From the NCBI GenBank assembly GCA_040954595.2, contig CM082581.2:1790699-1854698 (forward strand): 64,000 nucleotides of DNA, written 5' to 3'. The number at the start of each line of letters is the position of its first letter. Position 1 is the first letter of the stretch. Below the pieces are notes generated by a model, which worked only from the letters and a program-made list of their open reading frames with translations, was not told the DNA's origin and did no database searches. The stretch comes from Balanoglossus misakiensis. Taxonomy: Eukaryota > Animalia > Hemichordata. A program made the translations under genes and the position numbers. Shown here piece after piece: positions 13,601-24,500 of the stretch.

Positions 13601-16288
13601 GAGAAATATGGGCTGAGAGTCTGTTGCTTCCATTCTTGGGAGGGGAGAAATATGGGCTGAGAGTCTGTTGCTTCCATTCTTGGCAGGGGAGAAATGATGG
13701 CAGAGAGTTTGTTGCCGCCATTCTTGGGAGGGGAGAAATGATTGCAGAGAATTTATTGCCGCCATTCTTGGGAGGGGAAAAACGATGGCAGAGAATTTAT
13801 TGCCGCCATCCTTGTGAGGGGAGAAACGATGGCAGAGAATTTATGCTGCCATTCTTTGGAGGGGAGAAATGGTGGCAGAGAGTTTGTTGCCGCCATTCTC
13901 GGGAGGGGAGAAATGGGGGCAGAGAGTAAACTTTGTTGCCGCCATTGTCGGGAGGGGAGAAGTAACGGTTGAGAGTTTGTTGCTTCCATTCTTGGCAGGG
14001 GAGAAATGATGGCAGAGAATTTAATGCCGTCATTATTGGGAGGGGAGAAATGAGAGCAGAGAATTTGTTGCCGCCATTCTTTGGAGGGGATAAATAACGG
14101 CTGAGAATTTGTTGCCGCCATTCATGGGAGGGGAGAAATGATGGTAGGGAATTTATTGCCGCCCCTTGGGAGGGGAGAAATGATGGCAGTGAATTTATTG
14201 CCGCCATCCTTGGGAGGGGAGAAATAACGGCTGAGAGTCTGTTGCTTCCATTCTTGGCAGGGGAGAAATGATGGCAGAGAGTTTGTTGCCGCCATTCTCG
14301 GGAGGGGAGAAATGATGGCAGAGAATTTATTGCCGCCATTCTTGGGAGGGGAGAAATGAGAGCAGAGAATTTGTTGCCGCCATTCTTGAGAGGGGATAAA
14401 TAACCGTTCGGCTGAGAATTTGTTGCCGCCATTCACGGGAGGGGAGAAATGATGGCAGGGAATTTATTGCCGCCATCCTTGGGAGGGGAGAAATGATTGC
14501 AGTGAATTTATTGCCGCCATCCTTGGGAGGGGAGAAATGATGGCAGAGAATTTATTGCTGCCATTCTTGGGAGGGGAGAAATGATGGCAGAGAATGTATT
14601 GCCGCCATTATTGGGAGGGGAGAAATGATGGCAGAGAGTTTGTTGCCGCCATTATTGGGAGGGGAGAATGAGAGCAGAGAATTTGTTGCCGCCATTCTTG
14701 GGAGGGGAGAAATGATGGCAGTGAATTTATTGCCGCCATCCTTGGGAGGGGAGAAATATGGGCTGAGAGTCTGTTGCTTCCATTCTTGGGAGGGGAGAAA
14801 TATGGGCTGAGAGTCTGTTGCTTCCATTCTTGGCAGGGGAGAAATGATGGCAGAGAGTTTGTTGCCGCCATTCTTGGGAGGGGAGAAATGATTGCAGAGA
14901 ATTTATTGCCGCCATTCTTGGGAGGGGAGAAATGAGAGCAGAGAATTTGTTGCCGCCATTCTTGGGAAGGGATAAATAACCGTTCGGCTGAGAATTTGTT
15001 GCCGCCATTCACGGGAGGGGAGAAATGATGGCAGGGAATTTATTGCCGCCATCCTTGGGAGGGGAGAAACGATGGAAGAGAATTTATTGCTGCCATTCTT
15101 GGGAGGGGAGAAATGATGGCAGAGAATTTATTGCCGCCATTATTGGGAGGGGAGAAATGATGGCAGAGAGTTTGTTGCCGCCATTATTGGGAGGGGAGAA
15201 ATGAGAGCAGAGAATTTGTTGCCGCCATTCTTGGGAGGGGAGAAATGATGGCAGTGAATTTATTGCCGCCATCCTTGGGAGGGGAGAAATGATTGCAGTG
15301 AATTTATTGCCGCCATCCTTGGGAGGGGAGAAACGATGGCAGAGAATTTATTGCTGCCATTCTTGGGAGGGGAGAAATGATGGCAGAGAATTTATTGCCG
15401 CTATTATTGGGAGGGGAGAAATGATGGCAGAGAGTTTGTTGCCGCCATTATTGGGAGGGGAGAAATGAGAGCAGAGAATTTGTTGCCGGCATTATTGGGA
15501 GGGGAGAAATGATGGCAGAGAGTTTGTTGCCGCCATTATTGGGAGGGGAGAAATGATGGCAGTGAATTTATTGCCGCCATCCTTGGGAGGGGAGAAATGA
15601 TGGCAGAGAATTTATTGCCGCCATCCTTGGGAGGGGAGAAATATGGGCTGAGAGTCTGTTGCTTCCATTCTTGGCAGGGGAGAAATGATGGCAGAGAGTT
15701 TGTTGCCGCCATTCTTGGGAGGGGAGAAATGGTGGCAGAGAATGTATTGCCGCCATTCTTGGGAGGGGAGAAATGAGAGCAGAGAGTTTGTTGCCGCCAT
15801 TCTTGGGAGGGGATAAATAACCGTTCGGCAGAGAGTTTGTTGCCGCCATTATTGGGAGGGGAGAAATGATGGCAAGGAATTTATTGCCGCCATCCTTGGG
15901 AGGGGAGAAACGATGGCAGAGAATTTATTGCTGCCATTCTTGGGAGGGGAGAAATGATGGCAGAGAATTTATTGCCGCCATTATTGGGAGGGGAGAAATG
16001 ATGGCAGAGAGTTTGTTGCCGCCATTATTGGGAGGGGAGAAATGATGGCAGATAGTTTGTTGCCGCCATTCTCGGGAGGGGAGAAATGATGGCAGAGAAG
16101 TTTTTGCCGCCATTCTTGGGAGGGGAGAAATGAGAGCAGAGAATTTGTTGCCGCCATTCTTGGGAGGGGATAAATAACCGTTCGGCTGAGAATTTGTTGC
16201 CGCCATTCACGGGAGGGGAGAAATGATGGCAGGGAATTTATTGCCGCCATCCTTGGGAGGGAAAAACGATGGCAGAGAATTTATTGCC
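1620..16288 (+). repeat. 44-bp satellite array (~330 monomers; 42-, 43- and 49-bp variants)
   Basis: Continuous tandem monomers GGGAGGGGAGAAA-TGATGG-CAGAG-AATTT-ATTGCCGCC-ATTCTT. Recurrent variants include +5 bp AGAGTAAACTTTG, +5 bp TAAATAACCGTTCGGC and -2 bp GCCGCCCCTTG. Confidence 0.98.
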
Positions 16289-17282
16289 AAAGTGCGTGCA
16301 CCATGGTTCTCTGAGGATTTACTAACTATGAGAAAAGAGTTACGTCGACTGGAAATAAATTGGCGTAAATCAAATTTGGAAATCGATCGCCAAATGTTCA
16401 TTTTTAAGCGCATGGAATATTCACGCCGATGTGACGCATTAAAAACAGACTATCACCAGATTAGAATTGAAGACGCAGATAACAAGAAATTGTTTGCGAT
16501 TGTTGCAGAACTGTCCGATTCGAGAAAAGCATTATCCAACTCCATTCCGAACAACGTACAAACAAAAGAAATTCCATCAGCCTTCATGAATTATTTTGAA
16601 AACAAGGTGTCGCAACTCCGTGACAGGATTGGTCCACAACCGCACAGCTGTGAGGCTGACATAACACCGACTCATACTTTCGCGGAATTTGACCCAGTGT
16701 CACCTGGGGATATAATTGCGTTAGTGAAACAATCACCACCGAAATCTTGTGAACTCGACATTCAACCATATGGAGTGTTGAAGAATTGCGTACACATCTT
16801 AGCACCTTTCCTTGCTGATCTTTTCAACAATTCGCTCACAGCTGGCATCGTGCCGAGTCATTTCAAGTCAGTGATAATTCGTCCATTGTTAAAGAAAGTT
16901 GATCTGGATCAGAACATTCTGAAGAACTACAGACCGGTTTCAAACCTTCCGTTCTTGTCAAAACTCCTCGAGCGTGTAGTCGTTCAGCAACTGAACAGTC
17001 ACCTCACTAAATTTAGTCTTTTCACAAAGTTTCAAAGTGCTTACCGTGCTAATCATAGCACGGAAACTGCTCTCTTGCGTGTCCACAATGACATCATGCT
17101 TGCCTTGAATAACAAACAGGATGTAATTCTTATCATGTTAGATTTATCAGCGGCGTTTGACACTATCGATCATGAAATAATGCTACAGAGACTACATCAT
17201 CGTTTTGGAATAACTGGTAACACTTTATCGTGGTTTCGTTCGTACCTCGTTAATCGCCAACAGTGCGTCAAGGTTGGATCTG
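16289..17282 (+). pseudogene. LINE ORF2, 5' part (linker plus N-terminal RT domains)
   Basis: Real part of track ORF 16223..17569 (KVRAPWF...RQQCVKVGS). The ORF's first 22 codons come from satellite and its Cys-rich tail from the transposon TIR. Confidence 0.93.
17277..17282 (+). other. Left 6-bp target-site duplication GATCTG
   Basis: GGTTG-GATCTG|TATGGAAAG; identical hexamer at 31074-31079. Confidence 0.95.
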
Positions 17283-18380
17283 TATGGAAAGCCATAACTG
17301 CCTTAAGTGAACTGAACTCATGTTCTCTTGTGTATTTAACATGTTGTCTTGTACATTTAATATGTTGTCTTGTGTATTTAACATGTTTTCTTGTGCATTT
17401 AACATGTTTTCTTGTGCATTTCATATATGGTCCTGTGCATTTAACATGTTGTCTTGTGCATTTCATATATGGTCCTGCGCATTTAACATGTTGTCTTGTG
17501 CATTTTATATTGTCTTGTCCATTTAACATGTTGTCTTGTGCATTCATATACGCTGTCTTGTACATTTAACATGTTGTCCTGTGCATTTCTATATGTTGTC
17601 TTGTCCATTCATATACGTTGTCTTGTGCATTTCTATATGTTTTCGTGTGACTTTAATATGTTGTCCTGTTCATTTCTATATGTTGTCTTGTCCATTTATA
17701 TACGTTGTCTTGTGCATTTCTATATGTTGTCTTGTCCATTTCTATATGTTGTCTTGTGCATTTCTATATGTTGTCGTGTGACTTTAATATGTTGTCCTGT
17801 TCATTTCTATATGTTGTCTTGTTTATTTATATACGTTGTCTTGTGCATTTCTATATGTTGTCTTGTCCATTCATATATGTTGTGGTGTGCCTTTAACATG
17901 CATTTCTATATGTTGTCTTGTCCATTCATATATGTTGTGGTGTGCCTTTAACATGTTGTCCTGTTCATTTCTATATGTTGTCTTGTCCATTCATATACGT
18001 TGTCTTGTCCATTCATATACATTGTCTTGTACATTTCTATATGTTGTGGTGTGCCTTTAACATGTTGTCTTGTTCATTTCTATATGTTGTCTTGTCCATT
18101 CATATATATTGTGGTGTGCCTTTAACATGTTGTCCTGTTCATTTCTATATGTTGTCTTGTCCATTCATATACGTTGTCTTGTCCATTCATATACATTGTC
18201 TTGTACATTTATATATGCTTTTGTGTGCCTTTAACATGTTTTCCTGTGCATTTCTATATGTTGTCTTGTCCATTTATATACGTTGTCTTGTGCATTTCTA
18301 TATGTTGTCTTGTCCATTTATATACGTTGTCTTGTCCATTCATATTGGTTGTCTTGTCCATTCATATACGTTGTCTTGTG
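17283..18380 (+). repeat. Left TIR arm: ~40-bp unique tip plus array of 21/22-bp subterminal repeats
   Basis: Units CATTTAACATGTTGTCTTGTG (21 bp) and CATTTCTATATGTTGTCTTGTG (22 bp), mirrored at 29761-31073. Confidence 0.93.
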
Positions 18381-18494
18381 CTTGTGTTGTTTTATAATGA
18401 TTATCAAAGTATATACCATAATGCAACAGTATGAGCATGCTCAGTAGATTTTTTACATAATAACACGCAAGAAAGATAGCGTTGAAGAGGTATC

Positions 18495-19853
18495 ATGGCA
18501 TCTATGAGAGACATTCTAGAAAGTCTACAAATGGGGAATCTCAGTGACAACTTTGAGAGTGAAAAGGTAACACCAGAATTAGTGTGTAAACTTTCTGTGC
18601 CAGAACTGGAGGAGCTTGGTCTTCAAAACAGGGCAGACATGATGGCATTACGTATTGCGTGCACCACAAGTGGAGGGGAAACTCCAACAAAAGCCCATGG
18701 ATTATATGGTGGTGCTCCAGAATTTGTCATTCCCAAATGCATCTTAGAACATTTTTTTGATGAAGGATTCACAGTTACTGAAGTGGCATCTATGTTATCT
18801 GTTTCGGAGCGTACTATTTACCGCAGAATGATGCATTATGGGCTGAGTAAGATGAATTTCTCTGATATCTCTGATGGTGACCTGGATGATAATGTACAGC
18901 AACTGACAGTGGAATTCCCTTATTGTGGTGAAAATATGATCAAGTATATGTTGCAAGAAAAGGGAATTAAAGTCCAACGGATGAGGCTCCGTGATAGTAT
19001 CCACAGGGTAGATGCTGAGGGTGTTAATTCCAGAAGAAAAGGTCGTTTACAAAGACGTGTCTACAATGTGAAGGGACCAAATCACTTATGGCACATTGAT
19101 ACCAACCATAAGTTAATTAGATGGCATTTTGTGATATTTGGGGGCATTGATGGCTTCAGTAGACTACCTGTCATCCTATCCTGCAGCAACAACAATAAGG
19201 CACCCACATTGCTGGAATACTTCAAGTCCAGTGTTGAGAATTTTGGTCTTCCCAGTCGTGTAAGGTCTGACATGGGTCGTGAAAATATACTGATAGCTGA
19301 GTATATGATTGAGAGACGGGGACCCAACAGGGGAAGCATGATTACAGGCAAAAGTGTGCATAATCAGAGGATTGAGCGATTATGGAAAGATGTGTATGAA
19401 GGTGTTCTGAGCCTTTACTACCAACTATTTTACTTCATGGAAGAAAGAGGTGTACTTGACCCACTGAATGTACTGCACATTGCAGCTCTTCACTATGTGT
19501 TCATGCCTAAAATAAATGAAAAGTTAGAAATCTGGAGGAAAGCTTGGGCTCGACATCGTATGCGTACAACAAAGACATCACCTCTGCGTTTGTGGATATC
19601 TGGACAGATGAATGATCCAGTTGGTATTGATGACTCTGACATTGGTTTGTATGGAGTAGAGGGTGTCATCAATGATAATTCAGAGGAGACAGACTCGCGA
19701 CCAATCATCGAGCCACCATCATTTCAAATGGGTCAACAGTGTATGGATGCACTATCTCAGCACATATTACCAAACTGGACATCAGACAACTATGGCATTG
19801 ACATTTATAATATAGCAGTTCAAATCATACAGGACAATGCTGATCAAAATTAG
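18495..19853 (+). CDS. DDE transposase (integrase catalytic core, IS3-like) with N-terminal SAM-like and HTH domains, 452 aa, intronless
   Basis: [25 protein letters not shown] and a second helical domain [21 protein letters not shown]. Catalytic D in [10 protein letters not shown] (followed by IDGFSR), D in [13 protein letters not shown] in [11 protein letters not shown] start and no stops. Confidence 0.95.
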   Translation: MASMRDILESLQMGNLSDNFESEKVTPELVCKLSVPELEELGLQNRADMMALRIACTTSGGETPTKAHGLYGGAPEFVIPKCILEHFFDEGFTVTEVASMLSVSERTIYRRMMHYGLSKMNFSDISDGDLDDNVQQLTVEFPYCGENMIKYMLQEKGIKVQRMRLRDSIHRVDAEGVNSRRKGRLQRRVYNVKGPNHLWHIDTNHKLIRWHFVIFGGIDGFSRLPVILSCSNNNKAPTLLEYFKSSVENFGLPSRVRSDMGRENILIAEYMIERRGPNRGSMITGKSVHNQRIERLWKDVYEGVLSLYYQLFYFMEERGVLDPLNVLHIAALHYVFMPKINEKLEIWRKAWARHRMRTTKTSPLRLWISGQMNDPVGIDDSDIGLYGVEGVINDNSEETDSRPIIEPPSFQMGQQCMDALSQHILPNWTSDNYGIDIYNIAVQIIQDNADQN

Positions 19854-20629
19854 TCAATAATTTTCAAAGTGCTTAAGTCGCACATATTTGACGGATTAAA
19901 AGAAATGACAATACTTTCAATTTTACTGATCATGTGGATTTTTGGTTTCTCATTTGTATGTACATGTATAATGACAATCTGTAAAAAATATAGGGGTCAC
20001 CACGCTTGTTATCGAAATACAAGGCCGCGAATTTAGTCCCTAATGCTACGGAAAAAGATGAATACATGCAGTTTTTCAGTTTGTTGTGCATACATCATTA
20101 AGAGCATTTGTACACAGAGCAGTAAAAGTTTTAAATAATATACCTTCACAGGCGAAACTGTCCCAAATACTTTTGTTTCACTCATTTCACTCTTTCCGAT
20201 ATTATTACAGTCTCTAATGAATATGCTATCATTTCTTCACATTTGGGAATAAAACAGCTTTAAGTACACATTTTTAATAGAGAACAATGACAACTTTATT
20301 GACCATTAAATCATGACCGAAAAAAGAAACTGAACATCTCAGACAGTAAACATTTACCAACAGCTAACAGCTACTTCTAGAAGCTCTACAGATTCTACTA
20401 TATTGTATTATATTCTTTCTACTTTAGACTGATATTGATTTTCATCTGTCAGCCAAATCAGTATTACCGGTAAGATGTATGTTTAATAGATTAAAATGAA
20501 ATAACATGATACATACCATGGTCACACTGGTAAAAATGTGAAACGTTTCATATGGGGTCACACATACACCATTAAGACGTTTCAGAAACATCTCAGATCA
20601 AATACTGGCGTAAATTATGCGTAAACGGT

Positions 20630-20962
20630 TTAAAGGGACAAAGTCTCTCTCTCGCTGCCCTATTCCCATTATGTTTAATACAAGACACTGTTTATGTTAA
20701 TGTAGTAAATGTGGATATATAATCAACGTTCAACCACACACACCTTCCATCTCACTTGTAGACACGAGAGTGAAAAAAACTCGCCAAATGAATAATTGTT
20801 CTCAACCATTTTTTTCATTTTGAGCGAGTTTTTACTCTCATATCATACAAGCAGAATGGAAGGTGTGTGTGGTTGAACAGTCATTCACTACATATACACA
20901 TGTATATTAACATAAACAGTGTCTTGTATCAAACATAATGCAAACAGGGCAGTGAGAGAGAT
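20630..20962. mobile_element. Palindromic (foldback) MITE with TTAA|AGGGACA terminus, Kolobok-like; right tip eroded
   Basis: Arms mirror each other: TACAAGACACTGTTTATGTTAAT / ATTAACATAAACAGTGTCTTGTA, GTTCAACCACACACACCTTCCAT / ATGGAAGGTGTGTGTGGTTGAAC, CTCTCTCGCTGCCCT / AGGGCAGTGAGAGAG. Confidence 0.75.
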
Positions 20963-21274
20963 AGGCCGTGCACATTAATAAAAAAATGGTGTCAAGGACA
21001 CTGTGGTCCCATTTGAGGATTACGCAGAAATAGGTAAGTATACACCAGATGATCAAAAGGTGTAACCTCACACATGGTAAAATTTGAGACACTATTTGTA
21101 AACACAGGGTAAAATTTGCCTATGGTAAACAGAGAACATAAATCCTTACAGTTTCCTTGTGTCCACACAAGCAAAGTTTATGTATAGGCGCTGAGCCTCG
21201 GGGGCCCCATAGACAATGGGTTGAGGAGAGGTGTTAATCCTTACACTGGCTCAGGTCTGAGAAATGAGTGCATA

Positions 21275-21534
21275 TCAAACATTACCAAAAAACCTATTGG
21301 AAAAAGCTAAATCATACAATGCAAACAATTGTGCTGCCGATGGTAATGGATGTGCAGCTGTTGGTCTCGGCAATGATAATAAATTTATACATGTGTTTGC
21401 AGTCGGCAAAAACGACTGCTGCACGGGAACAAATGTTATTGCCGGACTTATGCAGAAACCGAGCACTGGCTCTTCTTCAGCCCCTGTCACAAACTGGAGG
21501 ATATCAGTAAGAGTGACAGATCCTCTTCTCCCAC
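21275..21534 (-). CDS. HECT gene exon 6 (C-lobe with catalytic Cys and stop)
   Basis: Acceptor TTTCAG. Encodes GRRGSVTLTDILQFVTGAEEEPVLGF...LPTANTCINLLSLP...AFSNRFFGNV*. Confidence 0.9.
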
Positions 21535-24500
21535 CTGAAACAGATTAAAGACAAGAGTAAAAAAACTCACCAAAATAAATAATCGGTCTCTACCATTTAT
21601 TCATTTTGGGCAAATTTTTACTCTCATATCATACAAGCGGAATGGAAGGTGTGGTTAAGGTTGAACGTTGATTCACTATATATCCACATGTACATTAACA
21701 TAAACGGTATCTTGTATCAAACATAATAAATAGGAAAAGGACCGGGAGAGAGACTATTGTCCCTTTAATGATTATGATTGGGGATAGGATACATATGATA
21801 CACAGCTAAAGATTGACAGACCTGCACCAGGTTTGTCACATGCATACATCATACCTGACAGGACAGGTCTGCTGCAGGTCTGAGAGGACATAATACATGG
21901 TGCAGGTCTAACAGGTCTGACCCGCACCAGATCTGATCCAGCAGACTGCTGCAGGTTTGCGTCCATATCGCTGCACATGACCTGTTGGTCAGACATGCAC
22001 CAGACCTGGTAAAATTTAGTTGTGTTGTACCCATGGAATGTTAATTTTCAAAAGCAGTTTCTGTATACATATAATTCAACCTGTCACTAAAGTGCAAAAG
22101 ACAGGTGGCAATGAATTGATTAGGGTGCAGTACAAGTAATTGAGATATCTGGCTCAAATTTGTCACAATGCAAGCTGTCGTATTGCTCTTTTAAATTAAG
22201 TGTGTCTCTGAATTTCTTGGAAGATTTTGTCATAAAAATAATTTTAGAAGGTTTAAATATCCAAGACAACCTTTGGAAAATCATGAGTAAAGCTTGTACT
22301 CACACAAATTTGTGGCATTGCAACACAACATAGGCAAAAACTTACTTTTGAAGCATTATGCAAATTACCTTTCATGTGATAGTCATGTAAACAATGGTGA
22401 CAGTCTGGTAACCACAATTTCTTAGCAAATATATAATTTATGGGGGTTCTGAGCTCATTAACCATTAAGGAATTGTTAGATTAAAAATGTCAATACATGT
22501 ACTTGAGTTTTGAGATTCTCGCAAGACATACGAAAACGAGTCTGAGGGTGAGCATGTACTGTGCACACAGACCGAGATTACACGTTCGGTGACTGATAAG
22601 TTTATTAATATCCATACACTTTCTCGTTCCATGACGCCCGTGGTCGAATTAGCTGCTTTCACTATCACTCTGACAGCGAACAACCCGCCATGTGTTGTTG
22701 ACCCTCAGCCTTGTTTTGAACTATTCTCACGCCTTGTTCGAGAATCTCGTTCCGGATCTCAAAAACAGAGTATTCCTTGTACTGCACCCAATCCTAACGA
22801 TGCCAAGTCAGTTGAAAGGGGTTTGATTTCCAGTGTGCGTAGAATTCTGGCACCCAGGCCTGTTAGGCTGCCAAATTTGCAAAATTTAATCTTGGATATG
22901 CAGGAAACACAACACAACACATCCATATACAATCAAAATGTTCAACTTACTTGCGACTTCACGTAGGTATTTGATAAATACTGCATACACTTCACCCTCA
23001 AAGCGTCTGTTATTAGAACCTGCATCTGCGAACTCCGGTACCAGTAGGGATTTGATTTTATTCATCGTCAATGTACTGGCTGTATTTTGTTGGAATAGGT
23101 ATTGAAACACAGGTAGGTCCAAACATAACTGGTAATGCAAAGAAAACCAATGATGACATAGTCCTTGCTGCTTCAATGTTGTTAAAATCTTTGGTACTCC
23201 ATTATTATTATTATTGAAAAATAATGATGACTTTGTACATAACAATTGTACACAGATCATCACAGATCGAATGCCATTAACAAATAATTTCATACCAAGT
23301 TTAGATGACAATAATCTAAGAATTGGCATTGCAGTACAACTGAATTGTGACACATTTAGTCATTTGTTTTCTGAAGTAACATTTGGAAATATTGCAATGT
23401 GCATCAGAGCAAATTACTAGGGTATTACTGATAGATATGGCAGAGGAAATCTTCCTGTTTCAGTGGACCTACCTGATATATCCCTAAAGTGCTCAATCCA
23501 TCCTTCAGCTTCATGATACATAATGGTATCTCTTCACCTTCAGAACCTTTAAACAACCATCGTAGTACATCTTCACTCAAAAACTGAGCTAGCTTTCCGT
23601 TCTGTATCATACTTAGAGCTGTAAGAAAAACTTATTATCATTACTCGTTTTATCTTTAAAGAAAGAATTACAGGAGTTTTACCATACCATCCACTTGTCA
23701 GCATAATTCTAATCTGCTCCTTGCAGTCATATATTTCTGTGAATATGGAAAGGCTTTTATTTTTAGACTTGAGGTGTTCGGCACCCCGAAATCGCTGACT
23801 TCTGAACATTTAATCTTGGGAATAAAAATTGGAGGTCAACCTGCTAGATTTTTGGAAAAAGCACCCTCTATCTATCACCTCTTTAAAGGGACAAAGTCTC
23901 TCTCTCGCTGCCCTTTTTCCATTACCTTTAAGTTTTTGCTAGTCTTTGTAGATCTTTGTGAAACGGCTTCACAAAGAAGTTTTTTTGGAAGGTCATCATA
24001 TTTTTTACCATTATAGAATCTAATCTAAATGAATGTTTTATTTTTAGTAATTTTGAGATTTCATCTTGTTCAGTATGATAATCACATATCAATACAACTA
24101 CGGTATTAAATTAAACACAGATTTGCCTAAAAATCTACTTTTATGTAATTTTTTACCATTTCTAGATAAACTTTTTTAAACCTGGTAGATCCTTGTTTGA
24201 AATATATCAAATCAATTTAAGGGGGGAAAATGGTGGGTCACCGCGCAAATTGTTGAGACACAGGAAGTACGTTAAACATGGCTTTCGGGCTGTAATCTGA
24301 TTGTCCTGACCACAACATGAGGTTCAACGGGGAGCTTCTATGGGAGTTGGTCAGATGTAGTGTGAGGCAACAGCATAAGAATACTGTACTGCAAAGCAAA
24401 AGATGTTGCCTTACCCTACATCTGATTTGAATCAGATTGGGTGATCACATGACCGAGGTAACAAGGTCATGTGCCAAATCAATCCCCATATTCGGTCTAT

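Noticed and set aside
14-16250. Dozens of ORFs such as MAATNSLPSFLPSQEWRQQ...
   Set aside because: Translations of the 44-bp satellite. The same peptides recur in all three frames because 44 is not a multiple of 3. No evidence of coding.
16223-17569. 448-aa ORF, and the 374-aa ORF at 30812-31936, as complete RT genes
   Set aside because: Both are chimeras of satellite or TIR sequence with halves of one interrupted, 5'-truncated LINE ORF2.
17320-18434. Cys-rich or hydrophobic ORFs resembling metallothionein or membrane proteins (also 29662-31143)
   Set aside because: Translations of the 21/22-bp TIR repeats, mirrored at both element ends.
22465-22966. ORFs 22589..22966 (+), 22465..22683 (-), 21264..21548 (+), 27932..28270 and 28205..28582
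   Set aside because: No recognisable motifs. They are intronic or antisense to real exons.
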